Assembly (NCBI GenBank): GCA_051874735.1
Contig: JBJEGD010000004.1
Span: forward strand, 1 to 64,000
Source: Candidatus Bruticola sp.
GTDB lineage: Bacteria > Vulcanimicrobiota > Xenobia > Xenobiales > Xenobiaceae
DNA: 64,000 bases
Reading direction: 5' to 3'
Under the pieces are notes generated by a model, which was not told the DNA's origin, did no database searches, and was given only the letters and a program-made list of their open reading frames with translations. The position numbers and the translations under genes were made by a program. Below are positions 10,033-21,461 of the stretch, piece by piece (within the stretch, counting starts at the first letter, position 1; every line of letters starts with the position of its first letter).

Positions 10033-11244
10033 GTGCAAAAAACGATTCATGTCATGGCCGTTTTTGGAACTCGTCCTGAGGCCATAAAGATGGCTCCGGT
10101 TATTTTGGAGTTGCAGTCTAATCCTAAGTTTAAAGTAACTTCAGTTGTTACTGCTCAGCACAGAGAAATACTTGATCAAGTTCTGGAGCTTTTTCATATA
10201 AAACCTGATTTTGATTTAAATACTATGAAGGCTAACCAAACGTTGACAGGTATTACTGTACGCGTTCTGCAGGGACTTGAGTCTGTACTTCAGGAGCAGC
10301 GACCTGATATTTTGTTAGTTCAGGGAGATACTTCTACGGCTTTTGTTGGCGGTTTGGCCGCTTTTTATCATAAAATTCCGGTCGGTCATATTGAAGCAGG
10401 GCTGCGCACTGATAAAATTTATGATCCATTCCCAGAGGAAATGAATCGTCGTTTGCTTTCGCGTTTAGCTGAGATGCAATTCCCGCCTACTAAGTGGGCC
10501 TATGATAATTTATGCAAAGAAGGATTAGTCTTTGAAGATACCTACATTACCGGCAATACTGTAGCCGATGCTTTGAAGTTGATAGTGGCAAAACTGCCGG
10601 AAGGTTTACCCAGCGGTTTGAAAGTTTTGCCCCCTTGGGGAAAAGAGTCTGCTGAACCAGACGCTTATTTTACTCTTCCAGTAAATTCTCATAGGCGTCT
10701 AATTTTAGTAGAAACCCACAGAAGAGAAAATCTAGGGCGTCCAATGGAGCAGATTTGCTCAGCTTTGAAGCGTCTGATTGAAGCATTTGATGATATAGAA
10801 ATTATTTTCAGTGTTCATCCTAACCCTAAAGTTCGTGAAGTAATTTGTCCGGCTATGCAGGGAATGCCTAGAGTTCATCTTCTGGAGCCAGTTCCTTACA
10901 CTTCGTTACTGCGTTTGATGCGCGCTTCTCATTTAATTATGACTGACTCCGGAGGCATTCAGGAGGAAGCTCCCTCTTTAGGAGTGCCTGTTGTGGTTCT
11001 GCGCGAAACTACAGAGCGGCCTGAAGGTATAGAATCAGGCAATGCTGTTTTAGCAGGATGCAATGAAGATAAAGTTTTTGCTTTATCTGAGGCTATTTTG
11101 AGTTCGGCTGCTAAACATGATCTTATGGCTAAAAAATCTAGCCCTTATGGTGATGGTTTAGCTTCACGACGCATTTCTGCTGCTATACTTCACAAGTTCT
11201 TCCCTCAAGATTACGATGCTCCTAAGCCCTTTATTGCGGACTAA
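10033..11244 (+). CDS. wecB: UDP-N-acetylglucosamine 2-epimerase (non-hydrolysing)
   Basis: VFGTRPEAIKMAP, HIEAGLRT, PFPEEMNR, DSGGIQEEAPSLG; GTG 10033 chosen as start. Confidence 0.96.
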   Translation: MQKTIHVMAVFGTRPEAIKMAPVILELQSNPKFKVTSVVTAQHREILDQVLELFHIKPDFDLNTMKANQTLTGITVRVLQGLESVLQEQRPDILLVQGDTSTAFVGGLAAFYHKIPVGHIEAGLRTDKIYDPFPEEMNRRLLSRLAEMQFPPTKWAYDNLCKEGLVFEDTYITGNTVADALKLIVAKLPEGLPSGLKVLPPWGKESAEPDAYFTLPVNSHRRLILVETHRRENLGRPMEQICSALKRLIEAFDDIEIIFSVHPNPKVREVICPAMQGMPRVHLLEPVPYTSLLRLMRASHLIMTDSGGIQEEAPSLGVPVVVLRETTERPEGIESGNAVLAGCNEDKVFALSEAILSSAAKHDLMAKKSSPYGDGLASRRISAAILHKFFPQDYDAPKPFIAD

Positions 11245-11265
11245 TTGAACTGATGAAATTTTGCC

Positions 11266-12075
11266 ATGGACAGACATAATGAGCCATCGTACAGTCAAGA
11301 GCTGTCGGCTGAAGAGCTAGAAAAAATTTTTTCAGGCCCTTCTTTGGCTGATACTATTAGTCTTGACAATGAAGAAGAACTGTCTGCTGCAGCTAAGGAA
11401 CTGCTTAACGATTTTAATATAAATTCTGATTTGCTTTCTGAGGTTTTTCCTGAAGAAAAAGGCGAAGAAGCTCAAATTGTTTTTGACAAATTCGACACTG
11501 GGTTAGCGGTTGGGCAATCTGCTGATATTTTGTCTTCATCGCTTAATCAGAATTCATGCAGCAATTCTTTAAGTTCTCAGCTTAATTCTATGGCTGTAAG
11601 TGCAGCGGATATAGCAGCTCGTCGCACATACAAAAGTGAATATGAAGCCAACACTTTTGTTGTTCCTGCAGATAAAAAAGCAGAAATAACTGCTTCTTTA
11701 TCTGCAATGGATCAAAATGAAAAAGAAGAGTCTGCCGCTCCCAGCTCCGATTCCCCTGAAGCTTTACGGGAACGTATAAAAGCCTACCAAAAACAAAGTC
11801 GGGAAAAGAATGTTATGGCTCAGTCGCTTGGGATTGTTTTTTCTTTCGGCTTTACTGTTGCAGCTGTAATTATGGCTTTTTGGTGGTTAGGACAACGAGC
11901 GGCGGAGTACAGCGGTCTGTCTTGGCTTTTCTATATTTTTACAATTTTTGGGGTTTTAGTTGGCCTTTACTCTGGAGCTTTGGTACTTAAACCTTTTCTT
12001 AGGGAAATTATTTCACCCACGCCCTCTAAGAACAGTCATAATAATGATTCAGAATCAAAGATCAATAAAAGGTAA
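11266..12075 (+). CDS. atpZ: AtpZ/AtpI-like 2-TM protein with long acidic N-terminal extension
   Basis: First gene before atpB; C-terminal two TM helices (SLGIVFSFGFTVAAVIMAFWWLG ... LFYIFTIFGVLVGLY) resemble ATPase_gene1. Confidence 0.6.
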   Translation: MDRHNEPSYSQELSAEELEKIFSGPSLADTISLDNEEELSAAAKELLNDFNINSDLLSEVFPEEKGEEAQIVFDKFDTGLAVGQSADILSSSLNQNSCSNSLSSQLNSMAVSAADIAARRTYKSEYEANTFVVPADKKAEITASLSAMDQNEKEESAAPSSDSPEALRERIKAYQKQSREKNVMAQSLGIVFSFGFTVAAVIMAFWWLGQRAAEYSGLSWLFYIFTIFGVLVGLYSGALVLKPFLREIISPTPSKNSHNNDSESKINKR

Positions 12076-12141
12076 CTAAGCAACAGATATCAGATTCTTG
12101 TAGAAGAAGTTTGTTTCAGCAGAAATTAGAGAGGTTAGCTT

Positions 12142-12495
12142 ATGACCGCTTTCCCGCTGCAAAATTTAAAAGCTTTTTTATGCGGAGCAGCTATCGGCGG
12201 ATTACATTGGATAGTTTGGTATTTATGTACAAATAAGTTTTTTAGTTCTATTATTGACAAGGAGTTAAATAAATCTTGGAGGAAAAAGAGCAGAGCACCC
12301 CTTAGAATGCAATTTTTTTGGCCTTGGCTGGTAATTGTTGGAGGTGTGTACGGAGCTCTGAAGTTCCTTTTGTTTCCTGTATGGCCCGTTTGTCTGGGAA
12401 TAATTGCTGCCGTATTCGTAGGATTGGTTGCTGTTGTTTTTATAATTATCAGACAGAAAAGAAATAATCCATACCGGGTTAAGGAGGAAAAATAA
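12142..12495 (+). CDS. atpI: Small membrane protein, probable ATP synthase accessory protein I
   Basis: 117 aa, hydrophobic and basic, directly upstream of atpB; called from position. Confidence 0.55.
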   Translation: MTAFPLQNLKAFLCGAAIGGLHWIVWYLCTNKFFSSIIDKELNKSWRKKSRAPLRMQFFWPWLVIVGGVYGALKFLLFPVWPVCLGIIAAVFVGLVAVVFIIIRQKRNNPYRVKEEK

Positions 12496-12497
12496 TT

Positions 12498-13520
12498 ATG
12501 GGCTGGAGTTTTTTGGGGGGAGCTGCGCCAAGTATTTTTTTGGCCTCAGCGCCCGTTGAGGCCGTTGGATTCGCTAATATAGGCAATCAGGTTTTAATTG
12601 TTTCTACCATTTTAGTAATTGTAGCTTCTTTAGTATTGGCTTTCATAGGTCGGAAACATCTTGGAGTTATTTCTACCGGCATGGGAGCTGTTTTTGAGCA
12701 TGTTTACGAGTTTGTAAATGATATGGCTTACTCGTTTATGGGAGAGCGTGGCGAACGGTATACTCCTTTTGCTATGTCGATTTTCCTTTTTGTCCTTTTG
12801 TGCAACTGGTCTGGACTTCTGCCGGTTCCTGCAGTGTTTTTAGGTGGCGAAGAAGGACATGCTCACTTAATTTTTGAGGCCCCTACGTCTTCTTACAATA
12901 CTACTTTGGCTTTGGCTATAGTATCTTGTATAGCTTTTACTTATTATGGTTTAAAGCAGAAAATTTGCGGAGATCCGTTGCAGGAGCGTCTTGAAGCTGA
13001 AGAAGAAGCCAAAAGGAGAGGTCTTGCTGTTCGTGAAGGCGAGTCAAAAGCCGGAGATGAGGTTGAAGGGCGTCACTTTGAGGAGGGAAACGGACTTTTT
13101 TCCGGTTTTGTAGTTTGGCTGCGCCATTACTTAGGACCTGTTCCTCAGCTGTGGCAACAGTTTACAGGTGTTATGCGCTATGTACTGGTGCCAGCGTTAG
13201 CTGTGCTATTTTGCGGTCTGAATGTCATAGAAGAAGTCGCTCGGTTGCTTTCCTTATCCTTCCGACTGTACGGTAATATCCACGGAGAACACGAAGTTAA
13301 GAGCAATCTTTTCAGCGTAGGCGGGGAATTCTTCCGCTCTATATTTGCTGCTGATTCAAGTATGGTTGTGAAATTAAAAGGTTCTATCCTGAGTTTTACT
13401 ATGTGGGGAGTTTCCCTCTTCGTGACCTGTATAGGTGCCTTGGCCGGTTTCATTCAGGCTTTTGTTTTTTGTATTTTAACTTTATCTTATATCAGCCACT
13501 TGGTCGCTGACGAACATTAA
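12498..13520 (+). CDS. atpB: F0F1 ATP synthase subunit a
   Basis: NWSGLLP, PTSSYNTTLALA, LSLSFRLYGNI (essential Arg), FIQAFVFCILT..YI. Confidence 0.95.
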   Translation: MGWSFLGGAAPSIFLASAPVEAVGFANIGNQVLIVSTILVIVASLVLAFIGRKHLGVISTGMGAVFEHVYEFVNDMAYSFMGERGERYTPFAMSIFLFVLLCNWSGLLPVPAVFLGGEEGHAHLIFEAPTSSYNTTLALAIVSCIAFTYYGLKQKICGDPLQERLEAEEEAKRRGLAVREGESKAGDEVEGRHFEEGNGLFSGFVVWLRHYLGPVPQLWQQFTGVMRYVLVPALAVLFCGLNVIEEVARLLSLSFRLYGNIHGEHEVKSNLFSVGGEFFRSIFAADSSMVVKLKGSILSFTMWGVSLFVTCIGALAGFIQAFVFCILTLSYISHLVADEH

Positions 13521-13652
13521 GAGTCTAGAAAAGGTAAGCTTTTAGAGACAAAAGAATTATCAAACCATCAAGTTTTTACCAGCTTTAGCTGTTTGGTGAA
13601 AGGGGCGAGTCAATTCTTAAAAACTGTCTCTAAGTTATTTCGGAGGTAAAAA

Positions 13653-14021
13653 ATGTACTCTAAGTTTGGAAAATTGTTCGGCATTTTGTCCATGCTTGCC
13701 ATGGGATTGTTCTGCTCTATGCCTGCTTTAGCTCAGGAAGTTGCTGCCGAAGCTGCCGCAGCCCCCGCTGCTGCCGGTAGTGAAGCCTATTTCTTAAGCA
13801 CCAGTGCTATTTACGCTTTGTCTGCTGCTCTCGTTCTGGGCTTAGCTGCTTTTGCCGGTAGTTTCGGTCAGGCCAATGCCGCCGCTAAGGCTGTCGAGGG
13901 AGTCGCCCGTAATCCTGAAGCTTCTAGCAAAATTCAGAGTTTATGCCTCCTGAGCTTAGCTTTTATTGAATCTCTGAGCATTTACGCTTTAGTTATTGCT
14001 CTGTTGCTTATCAACAAGTAA
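13653..14021 (+). CDS. atpE: F0F1 ATP synthase subunit c with N-terminal signal-peptide-like extension
   Basis: Helical hairpin with ARNPEA loop and [12 protein letters not shown] carboxylate helix; RBS GGAGG. Confidence 0.95.
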   Translation: MYSKFGKLFGILSMLAMGLFCSMPALAQEVAAEAAAAPAAAGSEAYFLSTSAIYALSAALVLGLAAFAGSFGQANAAAKAVEGVARNPEASSKIQSLCLLSLAFIESLSIYALVIALLLINK

Positions 14022-14174
14022 TTTTCTTTGTTCCTGTTAAAGGCACGAGCCCTCGAACTGGTAGATCTTTTTTTACCACTTATTAAGTTTAACTATTTAA
14101 GTTGGACTATGCCGGTTTTTCATTCGGAGTAGTTTCGTTTTTATCCAGTTCGAGGCTTTATTTAGGAGGTGTCG

Positions 14175-14681
14175 ATGGACATAATCCTCGCCTTGTTGAA
14201 GAATATGGGCTCTGAACCCCTTATGATAGGCGTTCAAGTGTGCCTTTTCTATGTCTTCCATATTTTGATGAGTCAGATACTTTATAAACCTATGTTGGCC
14301 GCTCGTCGTGAGCGCAAGGCTCAGACTGCCGATAAGGTAAGTGAAGCTTGGGGACTCAATGAGAAGACAATCAAGGCTAAGACCGAATACGAAGAAAAAG
14401 TCCGTCTGGCCAGAAAAAAAGCTCTTGAACAAGTACAAGCAGCCCAAAAGGAAGCTGATGCAATTCGTCAGGAGCGTTTAACTAAAGCTAAAGCTGAATC
14501 TGAGGCTATAATTGAAAAAGCCAAGGCAGAGATAAAAGATGAGCGTCTACGTGCTGAAGCTGAGCTTGATTCTGCCGTTGCTGCTTTAGCTTCACAAGCT
14601 GCCATGCGTATACTTTCCGGTCTTACCAGCGGTCGCGAGCGCGAGCGTGTCGAAAAATTTGTAAAGGAGAGCGTAGAATGA
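14175..14681 (+). CDS. atpF: F0F1 ATP synthase subunit b' (first b-type)
   Basis: N-terminal TM, ILYKPML..RRER, long charged helix; RBS AGGAGG 14164-14169. Confidence 0.85.
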   Translation: MDIILALLKNMGSEPLMIGVQVCLFYVFHILMSQILYKPMLAARRERKAQTADKVSEAWGLNEKTIKAKTEYEEKVRLARKKALEQVQAAQKEADAIRQERLTKAKAESEAIIEKAKAEIKDERLRAEAELDSAVAALASQAAMRILSGLTSGRERERVEKFVKESVE

Positions 14682-15163
14682 CCAATTCATTCGATTTTTT
14701 TGCCGGTCTTTTGAGCTTTTGTATTCTCCTTTACGGTCTTAAGTTCGTACTTTACGATACTTTAGCCCAGGTCGCTAAAGATCGCGCTGCATTAGCTAAA
14801 GAGCGCATTTCTGAAGCTGAAGATATTTTAAATCAGGCTAAGAAGCAATCTGCAGAGTGGAGCGACAAGTTAAAAAATCTTCCTGCCGAGTTGGCAGAAA
14901 TTGAGGCTAAGGCCAAGCTCGATGCTGAACGTATCATCAACGAAAGTAAAGAACATTCTGAAAAAGAAGCCGCTGCGGTCTTAACCAGTGCTCGTAACGA
15001 AGCTTCGTCTATTCGTTCTAAAGTTCAGGATGAGCTTCAACTTCGCATGGCCGATAAAGTTACAGAACGTGCTGAATCTATAATCCGTGCGTCTTTAGAT
15101 GATTCTGTCTCTCAGAACATAATAGAAAATTTCTTAACGAAGATGAGGGCTGAGCATGCTTGA
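14678..15163 (+). CDS. atpF: F0F1 ATP synthase subunit b (second b-type)
   Basis: N-terminal TM plus charged coiled coil; overlaps both neighbours. Confidence 0.85.
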   Translation: MTNSFDFFAGLLSFCILLYGLKFVLYDTLAQVAKDRAALAKERISEAEDILNQAKKQSAEWSDKLKNLPAELAEIEAKAKLDAERIINESKEHSEKEAAAVLTSARNEASSIRSKVQDELQLRMADKVTERAESIIRASLDDSVSQNIIENFLTKMRAEHA

Positions 15164-15701
15164 TGAATCATTAGCCAAACGCTACGCAGCTGCCCTTTAT
15201 GCTTCTGCCAGTGCCAAGAAGCAGCAGAGAGAACAGCTAAAGGAACTGCGTACTATTCAAAGAGAACTCTCTGAACATGTTCAGCTAAGCCATTGTTTGG
15301 TATCTCCAGCTGTAGCTCGTTCTGTAAAAAAGAAAATTATAAAAGCTGTTTTTGCCGATAAAATTTCTGATCGTGCTTTTAATTTTTTGTTTGTACTCAT
15401 TGACAAAGGGCGTGAGGCCTACCTGAACGATATTGTTGAGTGCTTTAAAAGGCAGTTTTGTGAAGAGAACGGCATAGTTGAAGTTACAGTTGAATCGGCT
15501 TCAGAACTCGATATGCAGTTGTGTATCTTCATTGAAACTCATCTGAACAAAATTACAGGCAAAAGGATCAAAATGCAGACTACTGTTTGTCCTGAGCTAA
15601 TCGGCGGTTTGGTGGTGAAGTACGGAGGGCGACTTTATGATGGTAGCATAAAACGCCATCTAGTTAATATTCATAACCTTATGGCTTCTAAGCGTTCTTA
15701 A
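15156..15701 (+). CDS. atpH: F0F1 ATP synthase subunit delta
   Basis: AKRYAAALY, NFLFVLIDKGR, PELIGGLVV...DGSIK. Confidence 0.95.
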   Translation: MLDESLAKRYAAALYASASAKKQQREQLKELRTIQRELSEHVQLSHCLVSPAVARSVKKKIIKAVFADKISDRAFNFLFVLIDKGREAYLNDIVECFKRQFCEENGIVEVTVESASELDMQLCIFIETHLNKITGKRIKMQTTVCPELIGGLVVKYGGRLYDGSIKRHLVNIHNLMASKRS

Positions 15702-15734
15702 GGCTCCGCTTTTCACAACTCTTTGGAGGAAAAT

Positions 15735-17255
15735 ATGGCAATTCGTTCAGACGAGATATCTGAAATTCTGCGCCAGCAGATAGATGGATATAATCCAGAA
15801 GTTGAAGAGACTTCTTATGGTACTGTTATCCGAGTTGGCGATAATATCGCTACGGTGTACGGCCTTCATGACGCTCGCGCCGGTGAGCTGCTGCGTTTCC
15901 CTAACGGCTTGTATGGCATGATTATGAATCTCGAAGAGGATTGTATAGGCTGCATAGTTATGGGGCCGGATGACGAAATCCGCGAGGGCGATCGCGTAGA
16001 GCGTACCGATCGTATCGCGGAGGTCCCTGTAGGCGATTGTATGTTCGGTCGCGTAGTTAACGCTTTAGGTCAGCCTATCGATGGTCAGGGACCCATTGAA
16101 TCTACAGAGAAGCGCACTATCGAGTTTACGGCTCCTACTGTTATTGAACGCCGATCTGTTGGTGAACCCATGCAGACTGGATTAAAAGCTATCGATGCTC
16201 TGGTTCCAGTAGGACGTGGTCAACGAGAACTTATTATTGGTGACCGTCAGCTTGGTAAAACTGCCATTGCTGTCGACGCCATGATAAACCAAAAAGATTC
16301 AGATATTTATTGTATTTACGTCGCTATTGGTCAAAAAGCCAACTCAGTGGCTACCTTGGTAGAGACTCTGAAGCGTGAAGGCGTTATGCATAAATGCGCT
16401 GTGGTAGTAGCTAATGCGAATGAGTCTCCTTCACTTTTATATTTAGCCCCCTACACCGGCTGTGCCATTGGTGAACACATGATGTATAAAGGCAAGCATG
16501 TGCTCATTATTTATGACGATCTTTCTAAACATGCTAAGGCATACCGTGAAATTTCTCTGCTTTTACGTCGTCCTCCGGGGCGTGAGGCTTATCCTGGCGA
16601 TGTTTTCTATTTACATTCTCGCCTTTTAGAAAGAGCTGCCAAACTTTCTGATGAATTAGGCGGCGGTTCTATGACGGCTTTGCCTATTATTGAGACTCAG
16701 TTGGGTGACGTCTCCGCTTATATTCCTACTAACGTTATTTCTATTACTGACGGTCAAATTTATCTTAATTCAGATCTCTTCTATTCAGGTGTGCGCCCAG
16801 CGGTTGACGTCGGTCTTTCAGTTTCTCGTGTAGGCGGTGCGGCTCAAATGAAAGCTGTTAAGCAGGTTGCTGGTCCTCTGCGTATGGACTTAGCTCAGTA
16901 TCAGGCTTTGGCTGCTTACGCTAAATTAAGTGCTGATGAGCTCGATTCTGTTAGCCGCGCCCAATTGGCTAGAGGCGATAGGGTTACGGCTGTGCTCAAC
17001 CAAAAGCAGTATGTTCCTATGAGCGCTGAGCTGCAAGTTGCGATCATCTTCGCAGTTACCAAAGGATATCTCGACGACATAGCTGTGGCCGACGTCTCTC
17101 GCTTTGAAGCTGAATTCCTGAAATTTATGAAAGCTTCTCACAAAGATGTGCTCGACACGATAAAAGAAACTGGCAAGTTAGACGATTCAGTTTCTGGTAA
17201 GCTTGTGGAGGCCATAAAGGAGTTCAAACAGGGATTTAATTCTTCGGCTGAATAG
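15735..17255 (+). CDS. atpA: F0F1 ATP synthase subunit alpha
   Basis: [41 protein letters not shown]; ATG after GGAGG. Confidence 0.99.
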   Translation: MAIRSDEISEILRQQIDGYNPEVEETSYGTVIRVGDNIATVYGLHDARAGELLRFPNGLYGMIMNLEEDCIGCIVMGPDDEIREGDRVERTDRIAEVPVGDCMFGRVVNALGQPIDGQGPIESTEKRTIEFTAPTVIERRSVGEPMQTGLKAIDALVPVGRGQRELIIGDRQLGKTAIAVDAMINQKDSDIYCIYVAIGQKANSVATLVETLKREGVMHKCAVVVANANESPSLLYLAPYTGCAIGEHMMYKGKHVLIIYDDLSKHAKAYREISLLLRRPPGREAYPGDVFYLHSRLLERAAKLSDELGGGSMTALPIIETQLGDVSAYIPTNVISITDGQIYLNSDLFYSGVRPAVDVGLSVSRVGGAAQMKAVKQVAGPLRMDLAQYQALAAYAKLSADELDSVSRAQLARGDRVTAVLNQKQYVPMSAELQVAIIFAVTKGYLDDIAVADVSRFEAEFLKFMKASHKDVLDTIKETGKLDDSVSGKLVEAIKEFKQGFNSSAE

Positions 17256-17282
17256 TCGCAGTTAATTTTTTCAAGGAGAATC

Positions 17283-19699
<2,417 letters not shown>

Positions 19700-19723
19700 G
19701 CCTTAATAGGCGGGAGGCTCAGT

Positions 19724-20095
19724 ATGAGCGATTTATTGTTCCACTTAGAGATTGTTACCCCAGACAGACGTGTCTTTAGCGGCGAGGTTAGCCAGGTTTC
19801 TTTGGCCGGAGTTAAGGGACGGATGTGTATTTTACCTAATCATGCGCCGCTTTTAGCTCTCCTTCAGCCCGGACTTATATCATTTTCTGACACTGCCGGT
19901 GAACATATGTTAGCTGCTGAAAGTGGCTTCGTTCAGGTTCAAAATAACAATGTCAGCGTTTTGGTAGATCAGGTTTGGAGTAAAGAAGAACTGCCTGAGG
20001 AAATAAGTATGGCTGAAAAGCCTGCTGATCTTGATGAAAGATACGAAATTGAGCTGCTCTATGCAGCTAAAGTTAAATTGAAAGCAGGTATTTAA
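19724..20095 (+). CDS. atpC: F0F1 ATP synthase subunit epsilon
   Basis: LEIVTPD...G.M.ILPNHAPL; last atp gene; short C-terminal helical part. Confidence 0.92.
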   Translation: MSDLLFHLEIVTPDRRVFSGEVSQVSLAGVKGRMCILPNHAPLLALLQPGLISFSDTAGEHMLAAESGFVQVQNNNVSVLVDQVWSKEELPEEISMAEKPADLDERYEIELLYAAKVKLKAGI

Positions 20096-20098
20096 TTC

Positions 20099-21430
20099 AT
20101 GTGCGGCAGACTAGTTATCCATGGCGGCGTCCCTTTAACCGGTTCTTTAGAGGCCAGTGGAGCAAAGAATGCCTGCCTGCCTATTATGGCAGCTTCTATT
20201 TTAGCTAAGGGAGTTGTCAAGCTAGATCGCGTTCCAGATATTTCTGACGTGCGGGTTATGGCTGATATTCTGCGCCAAATTGGTGTGAAGGTCGATTTCA
20301 ATCCTGAAGTTGGTCGTATGGTTCTCGATTCTTCGGGAGAAATAACTACTCGCGCTCCGGAAGAGTTGGTGGGCAGTATGAATGCCTCTTTCGATATTAT
20401 GGGACCTTTGCTCGCTAGGTGTAAGGAAGGGGAGGTTAGCATGCCTGGAGGGTGCCGTTTGGGCCCCAGACCGGTTAATTTCCATATTGAAGCTTTTAAG
20501 CAGTTAGGTGCCGAGGTAGAATTAAAGGGTGGTTTTGTTAAGGCCAAAGCTTCCAAATTAAAGGGGACTAAGATTATTTTTCCCTCTGTTAGTGTGGGAG
20601 CCACTAAAAATGCCATGATGGCGGCCACTATGGCGGAAGGAACCACTATCCTGGAAGGATGCGCTAGAGAACCGGAAATCTCCGATTTGGCTAATTTCCT
20701 TAACAAAATGGGAGCAAAAATTAGCGGTATAGATACTCAAACTTTGAAGATAGAGGGTGTGAAAGAACTAAAAGGCACGGAGCAAGGCACGGAGCATTCA
20801 ATCATTGCCGATCGCATCGAAGCGGGTACTTATCTTTTGGGGGCTGTAATTACCGGTGGTGATGTGACTGTAACTAATTTCAAGGCAGATAAAATCGAGG
20901 CTTTACTGGCTCAGCTGGTGAAAGCTGGTCAAGAAGTTATAGTCGGAGATAATTATGTGCGCGTTAAGGGGCGGCGTCCTATTCTTCCTTTAGAAGAGAT
21001 ATCTACCGCGCCTTATCCCTTTTTCCCCACTGATCTTCATCCTCAAATAGTAGCGGCCCTTACTTTAGCTAACGGAGTTAGTTCCTTATCTGAGAATATC
21101 TTTGACAGTCGATTCATGTATGTTATGGAACTAGTGCGCTTAGGGGCAGATCTTTTAGCTTCCGGCAAGATTGTGCGCATTCGCGGCGTCGATCATTTGG
21201 TAGGAGCTCCAGTTAATGCTCCTGACATAAGGGCTGGAGGAGCTTTAGTTTTAGCCGGTTTGGCTGCTGAAGGTGAAACTATTGTCCGAGGAGTCAATTT
21301 CATAGATCGCGGTTATCAGCATATTGAGCAAAGGCTTAGTTCTTTAGGAGCTGATATAAAAAGGGTTATGGAGCCGCTGAAGGAAAGTCAGACCCCACCG
21401 AAGGAAAGAGATCCGAAGGAAGAAGACTAA
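20099..21430 (+). CDS. murA: UDP-N-acetylglucosamine 1-carboxyvinyltransferase
   Basis: SGAKNA, PGGCRLGPRP (active Cys), SVGAT, DRIEAGT, PYPFFPTD, DRGY. Confidence 0.97.
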   Translation: MCGRLVIHGGVPLTGSLEASGAKNACLPIMAASILAKGVVKLDRVPDISDVRVMADILRQIGVKVDFNPEVGRMVLDSSGEITTRAPEELVGSMNASFDIMGPLLARCKEGEVSMPGGCRLGPRPVNFHIEAFKQLGAEVELKGGFVKAKASKLKGTKIIFPSVSVGATKNAMMAATMAEGTTILEGCAREPEISDLANFLNKMGAKISGIDTQTLKIEGVKELKGTEQGTEHSIIADRIEAGTYLLGAVITGGDVTVTNFKADKIEALLAQLVKAGQEVIVGDNYVRVKGRRPILPLEEISTAPYPFFPTDLHPQIVAALTLANGVSSLSENIFDSRFMYVMELVRLGADLLASGKIVRIRGVDHLVGAPVNAPDIRAGGALVLAGLAAEGETIVRGVNFIDRGYQHIEQRLSSLGADIKRVMEPLKESQTPPKERDPKEED

Positions 21431-21461
21431 AACACTTTTATTCTAAACATACAGTAGGGGC

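Noticed and set aside
16240-16265. AtpA Walker A variant GDRQLGKT as an inactivating change
   Set aside because: The substitution is at a variable x position, GKT is intact, and the alpha site is non-catalytic
20092-20706. 204-aa minus-strand ORF
   Set aside because: Entirely antisense to murA; no independent evidence
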